Shown here: positions 9,388 through 19,004 of the stretch, piece by piece
Position numbering within the stretch: the stretch's first letter is position 1
How the letters are laid out: every line of letters begins with the position of its first letter
Assembly (NCBI GenBank): GCA_036679645.1
Contig: JAZDCY010000060.1
Span: 9,247-73,246, forward strand
Direction: 5' to 3'
Source of the DNA: Gemmatimonadota bacterium
Lineage (GTDB): Bacteria; Gemmatimonadota; Gemmatimonadetes; Gemmatimonadales; GWC2-71-9
DNA: 64,000 nucleotides
Translations under genes and position numbers: made by a program
The notes under the pieces: model-generated
The model's input: the letters and a program-made list of their open reading frames with translations, nothing else
The model's database searches: none
Told to the model about the DNA's origin: nothing

Positions 9388-11805
9388 ATGACTGAAACAG
9401 ACCAGACCACGCCGATTCACCGGGAGCCGGACCGTATCCGTCTTCCCGTTCTTCCGCTTCGTGAGGTTGTGCTCTTTCCCGGCGTCACCGCACCGATCGG
9501 CGCCGGTCGGCCCGGGACGCTCCGCGCCATCGAAAAGGCGTTGCGCGACGATGAGCGCCTGATCTTCGCTGTTTGTCAGCGGGAGAATACCGACGATGTC
9601 GATCCCGCAAAGCTGTACTCGATCGGAACGGTCGCCAAGATCGGTCAGGTGCAACGCGGGCTAGGGGGCGTTCAGCTCCTGCTGCACGGTGAGTACCGTG
9701 CCAACGTGCTGCAGTACACCAAGGGCGACGGGTTCATGGAGGCCGTCGTATGTCAGGCGCCGGACCTTCCTCCGCTCGACGTGGAGGACGCGGTGTTCGT
9801 CGCACTCCACCGTGAAGTGCGCGAGCGGGCCGCGGAACTGGGGCAACGCTCGGGGCTCGATGAGGATGTCGTTGAACAGGTACTCGAGGGCGTGAAGGAG
9901 CCGTCCAAGTTTGCTGACCTCGTCGCCGGGTACCTCGACATCGCTGCCACCGACCGTCAGGGGCTGCTCGAGACCTTCGGTGTCGAGGAGCGGCTGCGTC
10001 GGGTACTCGTGCACGTGCAGCGCCAGCTCGAACTCCTCGATGCGCAGGAAGACATCAAGTCGAAGGTGCAGGAGGAGCTGGGTGAGCGACAACGCGAGAT
10101 GTTCCTCCGCGAGCAGCTCAAAGCCATTCGCCGTGAGCTTGGCGACGAGGAGGAAGGTGAAGCGGTCGACGAGCTGCGCGAGCGAATCCGAGCGCTCGAG
10201 TTGCCAGAAGAGGCGCAGAAGGAGGTCGATCGCGAACTGGCCCGGCTGGGGCGCGCGCCACGGGAGGGGATGGAATCGCAGGTCATTCGCACGTTCCTCG
10301 AAACCGTTGCCGAGTTGCCGTGGAGCGATTCGAGCGAGGATCACCTTGACCTGAAGCGTGCCGGGGGGATTCTCGACGACGACCACTATGGGTTGCTCGA
10401 CGTCAAGGATCGCGTGCTCGAGTTTCTTGCCGTGCGGCAGTTGCGCGGCGAACGGAGCCGTGAGGAGGCCGATGCGGAGCTTGCCCCCGGCAACGAGGAC
10501 GACCGTCTCGGGACGGGTTCGATCCTGCTGTTCGTGGGGCCACCGGGCGTTGGAAAAACCTCGATCGCGAAATCGATCGCACGCGCCATGGGGCGGAAAT
10601 ACGTGCGGATCTCGCTGGGTGGTGCGCGCGACGAGGCGGATATTCGTGGCCACCGGCGCACGTACGTCGGCGCGATGCCGGGACGAATCATTCAGGGAAT
10701 GAAGAAGGCGGGTAGCAAGAACCCCGTCTTTCTCCTGGACGAGGTCGACAAACTCGGGGTGTCGTTTCAGGGCGACCCGGCCTCTGCCTTGCTGGAGGTA
10801 CTCGACCCGGAACAGAACGACAGTTTCACCGATCACTACCTCGGCCTGCCATTCGATCTCTCCGAGGTGTTCTTCATAGCGACCGCGAATTTCCTCGAAC
10901 AGATTCCCGTGCCCCTACTCGATCGCATGGAGTTGATCGAGTTCTCGGGCTACACCGAGCGCGAGAAGCTCGCCATTGCGCGGCGCTATCTCGTTCCGCG
11001 ACAGCTACAGCAGAACGGGCTCACGAACGAGCAACTCGATCTCGTGGACGACGCCGTAAACCGGGTGATTTCCGGGTACACGCGGGAGGCCGGTGTACGA
11101 CAACTGGAACGAGAGATTGGCAAGGTCGCCAGAAAAGCGGCTCGGCAAATCGCATCCGGAGATAAGGAGCACGTCACGGTCGACGAGAAGAATCTCACGG
11201 ATTGGCTCGGCCGGCCGCGCGTACACCCGGAAGAGGCCGCACAAGAAGGTCGCGTTGGTATTGCTACCGGCATGTACTACACGCCGGTCGGCGGCGACAT
11301 CATGTTCGTGGAGGCGTCCATCATGCGCGGCCAGGGCGAACTCGTGCTGACCGGTCAGCTCGGTGATGTCATGAAGGAATCGGCGCGAGCAGCCCTGACG
11401 TACGCCAAGACGCACAGCGACGCGCTCGGCATTGCACCCGAGCGATTCGAGAACAAGGACATTCACATCCATGTACCCGCGGGCGCCGTCCCCAAGGAGG
11501 GCTCGTCGGCGGGGGTTACGATGGCGACGGCGTTGATCAGCGCGCTGGCGCGCGTGCCGGTGCGGCACGACCTGGCCATGACCGGTGAGGTAACGTTGTC
11601 GGGTCGGGTACTCCCTATTGGGGGTGTGAAGGAGAAGAAGGATAACGTTGCCGACCTCGACGACATCAGTGAAGCGGAACGCGCGCGCCTGACCGTGCAT
11701 CCCGTCGAACGACTGCGCGATGTTCTTGCCCTCGCCCTCAAAAGCCCTGAAGAGCCGGAGGTCGATGTGCGGGCGAGTGGAGATTTTGCGACAAGCGTGC
11801 GGTAG
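9388..11805 (+). CDS. lon: ATP-dependent Lon protease (apparent short in-frame deletion in the protease domain)
   Basis: LPVLPLRE N-domain, Walker [23 protein letters not shown], Walker B LLDEVDK; catalytic Ser in PKEGSSAG and Lys 43 residues later (GGVKEK). Confidence 0.93.
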   Translation: MTETDQTTPIHREPDRIRLPVLPLREVVLFPGVTAPIGAGRPGTLRAIEKALRDDERLIFAVCQRENTDDVDPAKLYSIGTVAKIGQVQRGLGGVQLLLHGEYRANVLQYTKGDGFMEAVVCQAPDLPPLDVEDAVFVALHREVRERAAELGQRSGLDEDVVEQVLEGVKEPSKFADLVAGYLDIAATDRQGLLETFGVEERLRRVLVHVQRQLELLDAQEDIKSKVQEELGERQREMFLREQLKAIRRELGDEEEGEAVDELRERIRALELPEEAQKEVDRELARLGRAPREGMESQVIRTFLETVAELPWSDSSEDHLDLKRAGGILDDDHYGLLDVKDRVLEFLAVRQLRGERSREEADAELAPGNEDDRLGTGSILLFVGPPGVGKTSIAKSIARAMGRKYVRISLGGARDEADIRGHRRTYVGAMPGRIIQGMKKAGSKNPVFLLDEVDKLGVSFQGDPASALLEVLDPEQNDSFTDHYLGLPFDLSEVFFIATANFLEQIPVPLLDRMELIEFSGYTEREKLAIARRYLVPRQLQQNGLTNEQLDLVDDAVNRVISGYTREAGVRQLEREIGKVARKAARQIASGDKEHVTVDEKNLTDWLGRPRVHPEEAAQEGRVGIATGMYYTPVGGDIMFVEASIMRGQGELVLTGQLGDVMKESARAALTYAKTHSDALGIAPERFENKDIHIHVPAGAVPKEGSSAGVTMATALISALARVPVRHDLAMTGEVTLSGRVLPIGGVKEKKDNVADLDDISEAERARLTVHPVERLRDVLALALKSPEEPEVDVRASGDFATSVR

Positions 11806-11854
11806 GAACGGGGAAGGCCGCGGCAGGCCGATCAGGGTTTATGCCCTTGGACCC

Positions 11855-11905
11855 GGTCATCTCGGCGCAGTGCACCAACTGCGGGTGCTAACCTGCGCCA
11901 TGACC
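11855..11905. other. Long imperfect inverted repeat downstream of lon
   Basis: Nested pairings GGTCAT/ATGACC, GGCGCAG/CTGCGCC and GCACC/GGTGC. Confidence 0.55.
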
Positions 11906-12164
11906 TCGTAAGTGAGCGGTGCGGGCTGCAATAGGATCAAAGCAGTTGAGACCGCCACACCACGGCCATGTCGCATATTGATATCGGCGCGTCAGCGTTT
12001 CGCGACACGGTGAATTCAGAGTGAAGGGCCTGGCTTGCTTCTTGACGACTTTGCTCCTACGTTGACGACCATGTGAGTCCCAGTTGCTCTTGATCGAGAG
12101 CGGCTACATACGGTGGCCCTGACCTCCCGACGAGACACTTAGGCGGCTCGGTTCTGGACAGTCC

Positions 12165-13475
12165 ATGCGTTCGCCATCCCCCCCCCTCCCTCCCCGTTGT
12201 GCCGCACGAAGCGTAGCCGGAGCGGCGCTCCTAGTACTGGCTGCAGGCTGTCATCAAGAGCCCACCTCTTCACGACAACAGCCGCTTCTAGCAACAAGCC
12301 CGTCCGCGCCGTTCACCATTGACGACCGTTTTGAACTGATCGCTGATCTCGCACCGGGGTTTGGCGGCATGTACTTCGTCGGCGATCAACTGGTGATTAC
12401 AACAACGGGAGCATCCTCCAACGCCGTGGTGCGCACCGCCGTTCGCACGATTGATGACGGACGCCATTTCCGTCGCGTTGCCGCAGCTGACGCCCGCGGG
12501 ACCGTGCAGTACCGCACAGTGGCCTTCGATTACCCGGCCCTCCGAGGATGGGCCAGGTCGGCTTCCGCCGTTCTGACCGATCCAGGTGTTGTAACACTGG
12601 GCATTATTGCACGCACGAATAGCATTCAGATTGGCGTCGCGACTGCGGGCGACGTTACTAAGGTGACCGCGACGCTGAATGGGCTCGGCATTCCGGCAGC
12701 AGCGGTCGATCTGCAGATCGTCGGATCCGTGAGCGACCAGACGGACCTGGACGACAAGATCCGGCCATTCCCAGGTGGCGTGATCGTGAACGACGACTGC
12801 ACGGTAGGGGCCATAGTTGAAGCCCGCGAGTCCGATGACGGCTTCCTCACCGCCTCGCACTGCACGAACATCTTCGGCGGAAACGGGGATGGCACCAACT
12901 TCTACCAACACGAGAACATTCGCGGGCAAACGAACCACGTCGGGAACGAAACGGCCGATGGTGACCTATACCAGTATGGCTCGGGTGCAGCTTGTCCTTC
13001 ACCCCTCTGGTGCCGGTATTCCGACGCCGCATTCATTTCGCTCGACGATACGACGGACGATTATTACGGGGCGATCGCCAGAACAACCGGGTATGGCAGT
13101 ACTACCATTAGCAGCTCCACGCCGCGTTTCCTGTTGAATGAGCCGGCGCTCACCGCTCCGATTGAGGGAGACACGGTGCACATCATGGGTGCCGTCTCTG
13201 GGTGGCTGCGCGGCGAAGTACTAGATGAATGCTCGTGGCTCGCAGGTCCTGGAGCAAACCAACGTCGACTCTGTATGATGGTGGCCGACTACAACTCGGA
13301 CAACGGAGACAGTGGAGCTCCGGTCTTCACGTGGGATGGGAGCAGCACATACGTCGACCTCGTGGGGATCCACGCGGCACGGATCGCTAGTCTGGATATT
13401 GCTTTTTTTAGCCGCTGGCTCTACGTCGATCTTGAGCTGAACGACAAGATTGGCACCCTCAACGTGGCTTACTAG
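12165..13475 (+). CDS. Lipoprotein S1 (chymotrypsin/alpha-lytic-like) serine protease with pro-domain
   Basis: Lipobox LAAGC; catalytic triad motifs TASHC, SDAA, GDSGAP. Confidence 0.8.
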   Translation: MRSPSPPLPPRCAARSVAGAALLVLAAGCHQEPTSSRQQPLLATSPSAPFTIDDRFELIADLAPGFGGMYFVGDQLVITTTGASSNAVVRTAVRTIDDGRHFRRVAAADARGTVQYRTVAFDYPALRGWARSASAVLTDPGVVTLGIIARTNSIQIGVATAGDVTKVTATLNGLGIPAAAVDLQIVGSVSDQTDLDDKIRPFPGGVIVNDDCTVGAIVEARESDDGFLTASHCTNIFGGNGDGTNFYQHENIRGQTNHVGNETADGDLYQYGSGAACPSPLWCRYSDAAFISLDDTTDDYYGAIARTTGYGSTTISSSTPRFLLNEPALTAPIEGDTVHIMGAVSGWLRGEVLDECSWLAGPGANQRRLCMMVADYNSDNGDSGAPVFTWDGSSTYVDLVGIHAARIASLDIAFFSRWLYVDLELNDKIGTLNVAY

Positions 13476-13526
13476 CATTCATAATGTGGCGGCCAGGATG
13501 GTCGCTCAGCATGCAGGAGGTGGACA

Positions 13527-14063
13527 ATGTACATGAAAGTGGGATTGGTGATTGTCCCGGTTCTCGGCGCTGCGCTGGCGTGCGCGAATCTCGATCAACC
13601 CATTGATGCTCCTGACGGGATCGACGATCCGAATGACCAGGCCGTTGATGTGGAGTTGTGGAACCAAAACCTGAGTCTTGATGTAACGGTATTCCCAGCG
13701 GCGGATTCGCTAGTCTGGGCCAAGATCACGATGACAAATACCGGACCGGAAACGCTTGAGAGCTTCACGGGCGGGTGCGGATGGTGGTTCCGCGTGTTCG
13801 ACAGTCCGGGTCGGACCGGCTCACCGCTGTGGCGTGAGGAAGATTCATCGTACAACGTGTGCAACAACCGGCGGTTCCATTTCTCGATACCCCCAGGCGC
13901 ATCACATGAGTTCGAGTACGAACACATGATCGGCACGTTGGAGGAGATCACGGGCGGTCGGTCCTCCCTCACCTACTACTTCACAGCGGAACTTGCCTTA
14001 GGGCCCCAAGAGCAACGCACAAGGGCATACACCGCTGGCGAGGCGACTCTGCCTCCGAACTGA
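13527..14063 (+). CDS. Lipoprotein with Ig-like, BsuPI proteinase-inhibitor-like domain
   Basis: AGGAGG RBS; lipobox ALAC; pattern ITMTNTG...FRVFD..G...LWR...IPPGASHEF resembles BsuPI-type beta-sandwiches. Confidence 0.6.
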   Translation: MYMKVGLVIVPVLGAALACANLDQPIDAPDGIDDPNDQAVDVELWNQNLSLDVTVFPAADSLVWAKITMTNTGPETLESFTGGCGWWFRVFDSPGRTGSPLWREEDSSYNVCNNRRFHFSIPPGASHEFEYEHMIGTLEEITGGRSSLTYYFTAELALGPQEQRTRAYTAGEATLPPN

Positions 14064-14448
14064 CCGTGGGCAACGGTGGGCTGGACGGGCATCTGCGGGA
14101 AAGCGGGCGGCCCATTCGCTATCTCAGTCTCTTGGGCTAATCGATATCCTAGAGATGCAGATCGTGCTGCAGACTGCCGTAGGAGCGCGTGAAGAGACGG
14201 CAGTGCGCCGAACGGCATGTTGGCTCTCGGGCTCCTATTCGGTGCGATCACGAAGCCGCCATCAAATGCCGGACGGAAGCTGGTGCCCCAGGGAACACTT
14301 CGACGCCGAGCGGTCCTGCGAAGTCGACGTGCCGGATCTTTCGACGTTCGGACAGCGCCCATGACGCACGCGAACTCCCGAAGCCCGAACGGACTAGACT
14401 ACCAACCGGGCCTCCCGTTTCCCTTGGCGTTCGCCGGTATCCGACGGC

Positions 14449-15417
14449 CTACGGCGTGTTGAAGTTGTGCGTCTCGATCCACGTCCTCATCATGGTCCGA
14501 GCCTGGCTATCACCTAGCTGCACTCCCAATGCGGGCATCTCTCCGCGCGAGAACCGGAAGTAGATGTAGGAGCTGTCGGGTTGCTGCGGTTTGATTAGGG
14601 TCAGTCCGCTCGGCCCGACCTGGTCTACCGTGTTCTGCAGGAACGTCTGGTAGTTGAAGCTCACCGTGCTGTTTTGGTTGTGACAGTGCCTGCAGTTTCC
14701 CTGCACGTATCCCAACACGTCGCGCGTCAGGTTGTCTCCTGCGATGATCTCCGCCGGAGTGCTCGGCACTGCGGCGTCGAGAAACCCCATTGACGCAAAG
14801 CGCTCGAGCTGCGTAGTCGTTTGCGTTGCGAGCGTCGAGTTCAGGTTCAGCTCAGAGAAACCAATGATGAACGTCGGATTGAGACCGTGGCAGACCTGAC
14901 ATTGTGACAAGCTGGGTATTTGGTGCGTGAACGATTTACCCTGCGCATCCACGATTGGGGCGGGTGTTGGGGCGGCGCCGTCGAGCAGATCGGCGTCCGA
15001 TAGATCGCTCCGCCACCGGTACACCGCTGTTTGCCAACGTCCCTCGCGCCGACGGATGATGCGGGTCTCGACCGGGACAGGTGTCGTGGGTGAGCCCTGT
15101 GTGAGGTACGAAAATGTCTTGGTAAAGCGGATGCCGTCCGGGAAATTCCACTCGGACCGACTCGCCGTCCCGATCGTCCCCCCCTGCTGCAGCCACACCT
15201 TTCGGGTCTTCACAGATCCGTTCGTCCACAGCTTCCACTGCGGCTCGAACAAGGTGGCTTCCGGGGCGTCGATATCGAGTTGCGACAGAAGAGGCGGGAA
15301 GGCGTCGTCAGCCTCGTCTGTCCCATTTGGTCCGGTCGCTTCACCACATGCATTCATGGCAAGCGCGGTCGCGACGACAAGGGCGGCGCAGGGAAACGCG
15401 AATTTGGACGGTCGCAT
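14449..15417 (-). CDS. SO2930-like diheme c-type cytochrome lipoprotein
   Basis: Probable start MRPSKFAF with lipobox MNAC; two heme motifs CQVCH and CRHCH; LWTNG..K.R, FP.G...TKTF, PVETR segments; C-terminal MP. Confidence 0.75.
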   Translation of the reverse strand: MRPSKFAFPCAALVVATALAMNACGEATGPNGTDEADDAFPPLLSQLDIDAPEATLFEPQWKLWTNGSVKTRKVWLQQGGTIGTASRSEWNFPDGIRFTKTFSYLTQGSPTTPVPVETRIIRRREGRWQTAVYRWRSDLSDADLLDGAAPTPAPIVDAQGKSFTHQIPSLSQCQVCHGLNPTFIIGFSELNLNSTLATQTTTQLERFASMGFLDAAVPSTPAEIIAGDNLTRDVLGYVQGNCRHCHNQNSTVSFNYQTFLQNTVDQVGPSGLTLIKPQQPDSSYIYFRFSRGEMPALGVQLGDSQARTMMRTWIETHNFNTP

Positions 15418-15442
15418 AGGGGATAGTCTTACATGGGATTCG

Positions 15443-16009
15443 CTACCACGCCAGCCCCCGAGCGAGGAGATCACGGGTTGCACTCGTCCACTCGCCGGGC
15501 GAGGCAATCGAACCCACCCACACGCCGCGTAGCGCCAGATGCCCCAGACAGAGAGTGAGCGCCTGCGCTGCCGCGAGTTCGGGGTCGGCGTCGTCCCGGA
15601 AATAGCCGAGCCCCTGTCCTTCCGCGATGGCCCGGCGAATTGGAAAGAGGAGTTCGTTTGCAGTGACGCGCACCGTGTCCGCAGGACCCGTTTCACCAGA
15701 GCGCTCCACCAGCGCGGCGACCACCTCGGAGTGGGACGATAGGAACGCGTACATCTGGTTCAGGGCGGCGCGTAGCTGACCGGGCCCGCCCGGGTCCGAC
15801 TTTCCTTCCCCGCCTGCGGCTGCTGCGGCGTCCCGGACAACGTCCTCGTACAGGCCCTGCTTGGAGCCAAAGTAGTAGAAAATCAACTGCTTGTTTACAC
15901 CAGCCCCGTTTGCGATCCGCGCCACGCGAGCTCCGCTAAAGCCATGCTTTCCAAACTCTTCTCGTGCAGCGCCGAGAATCCGTGCCCGCGACACACCAGC
16001 TTGAGCCAT
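15443..16009 (-). CDS. TetR/AcrR family transcriptional regulator
   Basis: ILGAAREEFGKHGFSGARVARIA..AGVNKQLIFYYFGSK HTH; start probably MAQAG (16009). Confidence 0.9.
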   Translation of the reverse strand: MAQAGVSRARILGAAREEFGKHGFSGARVARIANGAGVNKQLIFYYFGSKQGLYEDVVRDAAAAAGGEGKSDPGGPGQLRAALNQMYAFLSSHSEVVAALVERSGETGPADTVRVTANELLFPIRRAIAEGQGLGYFRDDADPELAAAQALTLCLGHLALRGVWVGSIASPGEWTSATRDLLARGLAW

Positions 16010-16013
16010 GTAC

Positions 16014-16029
16014 TCAACCCTGTGGTTGA
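16014..16029. promoter_or_regulatory. Palindromic operator, likely TetR autoregulatory site
   Basis: TCAACC-CTGT-GGTTGA perfect inverted repeat just upstream of the probable start. Confidence 0.6.
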
Positions 16030-16079
16030 TTTTCATGGTCAATATGTGCCCGCCCGTCGCCAACCGCAAACCGCCGCAA

Positions 16080-16763
16080 CTATGACTGTGTGATTGCGTC
16101 GAAGGCGGCGTGGACCGACGCCGCCATTACCGTCGCGGACGTCCAGTAGCCCGAGGGGGCGTCGCCCACCGACGCCGCGAGAACGCCGTCCCCGCAGACG
16201 AGCAGGACTGGTAGATCTTCAAACAACCTGCCGATCAAGTGGTGGTCCACCGGCGCGACCGATGCCGGGATGTCGGGATCGCGATCCGCAGACCAGAGAG
16301 AGAGGTCGCCGGTTGCGCTGGCGCGAGCGCGGATTGCGGGCGCAAGTGCCTCGAGCAACGCCGCTGGGGCGAGAAGGCGGATGGGTCCGCGGCCTCTCAC
16401 GACGGTCCGGGTGATCAGATCGCGCAACGCCCTCGTTCCCTCCACCCGCACCAGGCTAGATCCACCGTCGTCCGGCGCCTCGCGAACCTGCTCCTCCAGC
16501 CGGTCCATCTTCGCCGCTTGCCGCTCGGCAATGAGGGCCAGCAGGGAGGGTGGCCGGAGGGGTCGGTACCGTTTGGGTCGCGGTTCGATCAACTGCGCGG
16601 CTCCCTTCGCCACTAGGCCATCAAGCGCCTGGTATCCGTTCGCGCGAGCGATCCCCAGTGACCGCGCGACGGCGTACGCTCCCGATGGTCCCAGCCCGAG
16701 CAAGGCGCCGTACGCAGCGCTTTCCGTCGGGGTAAACCCGAACGGCACGAGGTCTATCGACAT
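16080..16763 (-). CDS. TrmB family transcriptional regulator
   Basis: N-terminal wHTH (GFTPTESAAYGALL...AYAVARSLGIARANGYQALDGLVAKG...P.RY.P). Confidence 0.8.
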   Translation of the reverse strand: MSIDLVPFGFTPTESAAYGALLGLGPSGAYAVARSLGIARANGYQALDGLVAKGAAQLIEPRPKRYRPLRPPSLLALIAERQAAKMDRLEEQVREAPDDGGSSLVRVEGTRALRDLITRTVVRGRGPIRLLAPAALLEALAPAIRARASATGDLSLWSADRDPDIPASVAPVDHHLIGRLFEDLPVLLVCGDGVLAASVGDAPSGYWTSATVMAASVHAAFDAITQS

Positions 16764-16799
16764 GTGTAGTTTGATACGCTACTACGGGCGGCTTGTCAA
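16764..16799 (-). promoter_or_regulatory. Sigma70-like promoter with overlapping inverted repeat, probably leaderless, for the TrmB gene
   Basis: Minus strand TTGACA-N17-TATCAA-N7-ATG; GTAGT...ACTAC inverted repeat at 16766-16785; no SD sequence. Confidence 0.55.
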
Positions 16800-16804
16800 T
16801 GTTT

Positions 16805-16840
16805 CTGAGCTGTCTGTGCGTCTGAGCGTCTAGCTGTCTA
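16805..16840 (-). repeat. Degenerate octamer tandem repeat after a stop codon
   Basis: Plus strand TGAGCTGTC TGTGCGTC TGAGCGTC TAGCTGTC; related array at 21549-21582. Confidence 0.7.
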
Positions 16841-17944
16841 TGTGTATTCCAATTCCCACCCGGCGAGCTTCGCAATCAGCGCGAGCCGGAAGGTGACATC
16901 GGCCTGCCGGCGCTCGATCGTCTTGCCATCGAGCTCGAGCGGGAAGGCGTGCACTGATTGCCTCGACTTCCCCTTCGGGACGGCGCGGAGGTTTCGCGGC
17001 GACCAGACGCCGCGCTCGTCGAGTTCGCTGAGCAGCTTGACGAGAATCCGCTGGGCCACGTCGTTGGTGTGCAGCATTCCCAAGCGTACCAACAGTTCGA
17101 TCCACATGAGGGCGAGAGGGAGGTCTTTCGGATTGCCCGATCGGTCGGCTTCCAAGGGATTGCCGAGCAGGGTGAAAGTGGGCTGGACGACCTTGCGACC
17201 GAAGAGGATGACGTACTTTCGTTTTGTTTGCGGTGGCGCCAAAAATGCGCAGAGACGCTCGATGAATCCGGCGCGCTCACGTTGGAGCGATGGCATATAT
17301 GCGACGAGCGCAAACGACAGGAACGTAGGAGGATACGCCTTCGGCTGAAGCAAGTTGCGCGGTCCTTTGCGCACAATGGGTTTCCCGGAGAGATCACTGC
17401 GTAGGAATTGCGATATTTCTGTGATTATGCGATGCGCTGATCCTCTCACGCGTGGGTCCTCGGCCTTGCCGGCATGGGCGAGGGCGAGCGTTGCCGCCTC
17501 GCGGAACATGGCACGTGACCAGGCGACGATTGCGTGGTTCTGTTTGGCTGCGGCCTTGTACTCGAACGTGAGGTTGGGCGACTCGTCTCGCGACAGCAGA
17601 CGGTACAGGATCCGATCTGCCTGGCGAAATGCCCGAAGCGATGTTGGAGCGCCCAACTCGAGCAGCCGGCGGTACCGTACGATCGTCCCGACGTCCTTGA
17701 TTCCCTGGGCCTTGTTGGCCGCCAGACCCAGAATGTTGTCGCCCCATAGGCCACTCTTGCGCTGCTTGCGGATCGTCTGGGTGACCAGCTTGTACTCCAG
17801 CACCTCGGCCCTAAGGGCCTCGCAATCGGCCTCGGTGGCGGCGCCGGCAGGGAGGATGTCGTTCACAGTGCGCCACCTTATGGGGGCGCAAGCGTAAGCG
17901 CGAAGCCAACTTACGGGAATGCGGTGGCTTGTCGGGAGGTCCAG
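16838..17944 (-). CDS. Hypothetical alpha-helical protein (possible prenyltransferase/terpene-cyclase-like barrel); likely CTG start
   Basis: The track ORF starts at GTG 17866, but the frame is open to a CTG at 17944 preceded by AGGAG. Segments QRKSGLWG and DERGVW resemble QW repeats. Confidence 0.6.
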   Translation of the reverse strand: MDLPTSHRIPVSWLRAYACAPIRWRTVNDILPAGAATEADCEALRAEVLEYKLVTQTIRKQRKSGLWGDNILGLAANKAQGIKDVGTIVRYRRLLELGAPTSLRAFRQADRILYRLLSRDESPNLTFEYKAAAKQNHAIVAWSRAMFREAATLALAHAGKAEDPRVRGSAHRIITEISQFLRSDLSGKPIVRKGPRNLLQPKAYPPTFLSFALVAYMPSLQRERAGFIERLCAFLAPPQTKRKYVILFGRKVVQPTFTLLGNPLEADRSGNPKDLPLALMWIELLVRLGMLHTNDVAQRILVKLLSELDERGVWSPRNLRAVPKGKSRQSVHAFPLELDGKTIERRQADVTFRLALIAKLAGWELEYT

Positions 17945-18063
17945 ACGCCGCTCTCCTGTCTACTAGGGTGGGATGGGCGGCGGGAACATACACGTTTGTG
18001 CATGCCGGTGCCAGACATTCTCCCGGATTTCCTGCCCCGCGTGGCCCGTGAGAGAGTGGGCCG

Positions 18064-18945
18064 CTAGAAGCATCTGAGCGTACGGATCACTCCTTCGCGG
18101 CCCCAGGCCTTTTCGCTGGTGACAACGACGGTGCGCTCGTCGATCCAGTCCACGGCCTCCCACTGCCTGAGCGGCAGACCGAGCCAACAGCCCTCCCCCT
18201 CGCGTTGCCATCCCGTCGCGGTGCGGTCAAAGAAGTACAGTTCGGTGAGCGTGCCCAGCACTGCGCGGTCTCCGGAAGGGGAGATGGCGGCCGCTGTAAC
18301 CCATCTTCCTACAAGCGGTTGAGGGTCAATAGCGACGGTATCCGGTGCGGTGAGGACGAGGGAATCCGACGCAAAGGCGCGGGGCTCGATCGAGTATCTG
18401 AGGATGAATCCACTGCGACCCTTACTGAAGAGCAGGAGCTGGCCGTCAGGCAGAATTGCCAGCGCCTCGGCGTCTCGCGGACCGTCTTCGTATTCGACGT
18501 GAAGTGCGCGCGCGACCGCGACGTGCCCGGTAGAGCCGGACAATGAGCCTGGGTCCGGTTCCGGGACCACATAGATGACCACATCGTCCCGTCGCTCGTC
18601 GTTGTCGCCGGTGTCGGCAATGAAAAGGCACGCGACTCCCAAACCGGGATTCGGGCATGGGCCCAAGGCGATGTCTTCCCAATCGACCGCGTGCGCGCCG
18701 TCGACGCGATAGGTCGCGACGAGGTGGCCGGACCAATCGACGGCGTAGAGCAGCGGGTTGTCGCCCGAGTCATTGTGCGTCCACAGGAGATCCGGGTGAT
18801 GGCGGCTCACGGCAACGCCAGAACTCTCGCGGATTCCGGCGTCGCCTAGTGCCCCGGTGACCGTACTCTCGACCGGCACGCGCTGCGCCTGCACTGGGTG
18901 AACGGAGAGGAACGCGAGGATGCAGGCGGCAACGAGCGGACGCAT
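18064..18945 (-). CDS. Secreted beta-propeller-type protein (phytase/esterase-like)
   Basis: Signal peptide; ESSGVA, WTHNDSG, DWEDIA, IADTGDN, DAEAL, QWEAV motifs. Confidence 0.7.
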   Translation of the reverse strand: MRPLVAACILAFLSVHPVQAQRVPVESTVTGALGDAGIRESSGVAVSRHHPDLLWTHNDSGDNPLLYAVDWSGHLVATYRVDGAHAVDWEDIALGPCPNPGLGVACLFIADTGDNDERRDDVVIYVVPEPDPGSLSGSTGHVAVARALHVEYEDGPRDAEALAILPDGQLLLFSKGRSGFILRYSIEPRAFASDSLVLTAPDTVAIDPQPLVGRWVTAAAISPSGDRAVLGTLTELYFFDRTATGWQREGEGCWLGLPLRQWEAVDWIDERTVVVTSEKAWGREGVIRTLRCF

Positions 18946-19004
18946 CGTGCAATTCTACGCGGCGGCTTGCTCGGTCGGGAGGCCCTGATGAGATTTCTCC
19001 CCTG

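Noticed and set aside
11855..11905. Integron attC site
   Set aside because: No RYYYAAC...GTTRRRY ends bounding the hairpin, no second copy and no integrase in the window.
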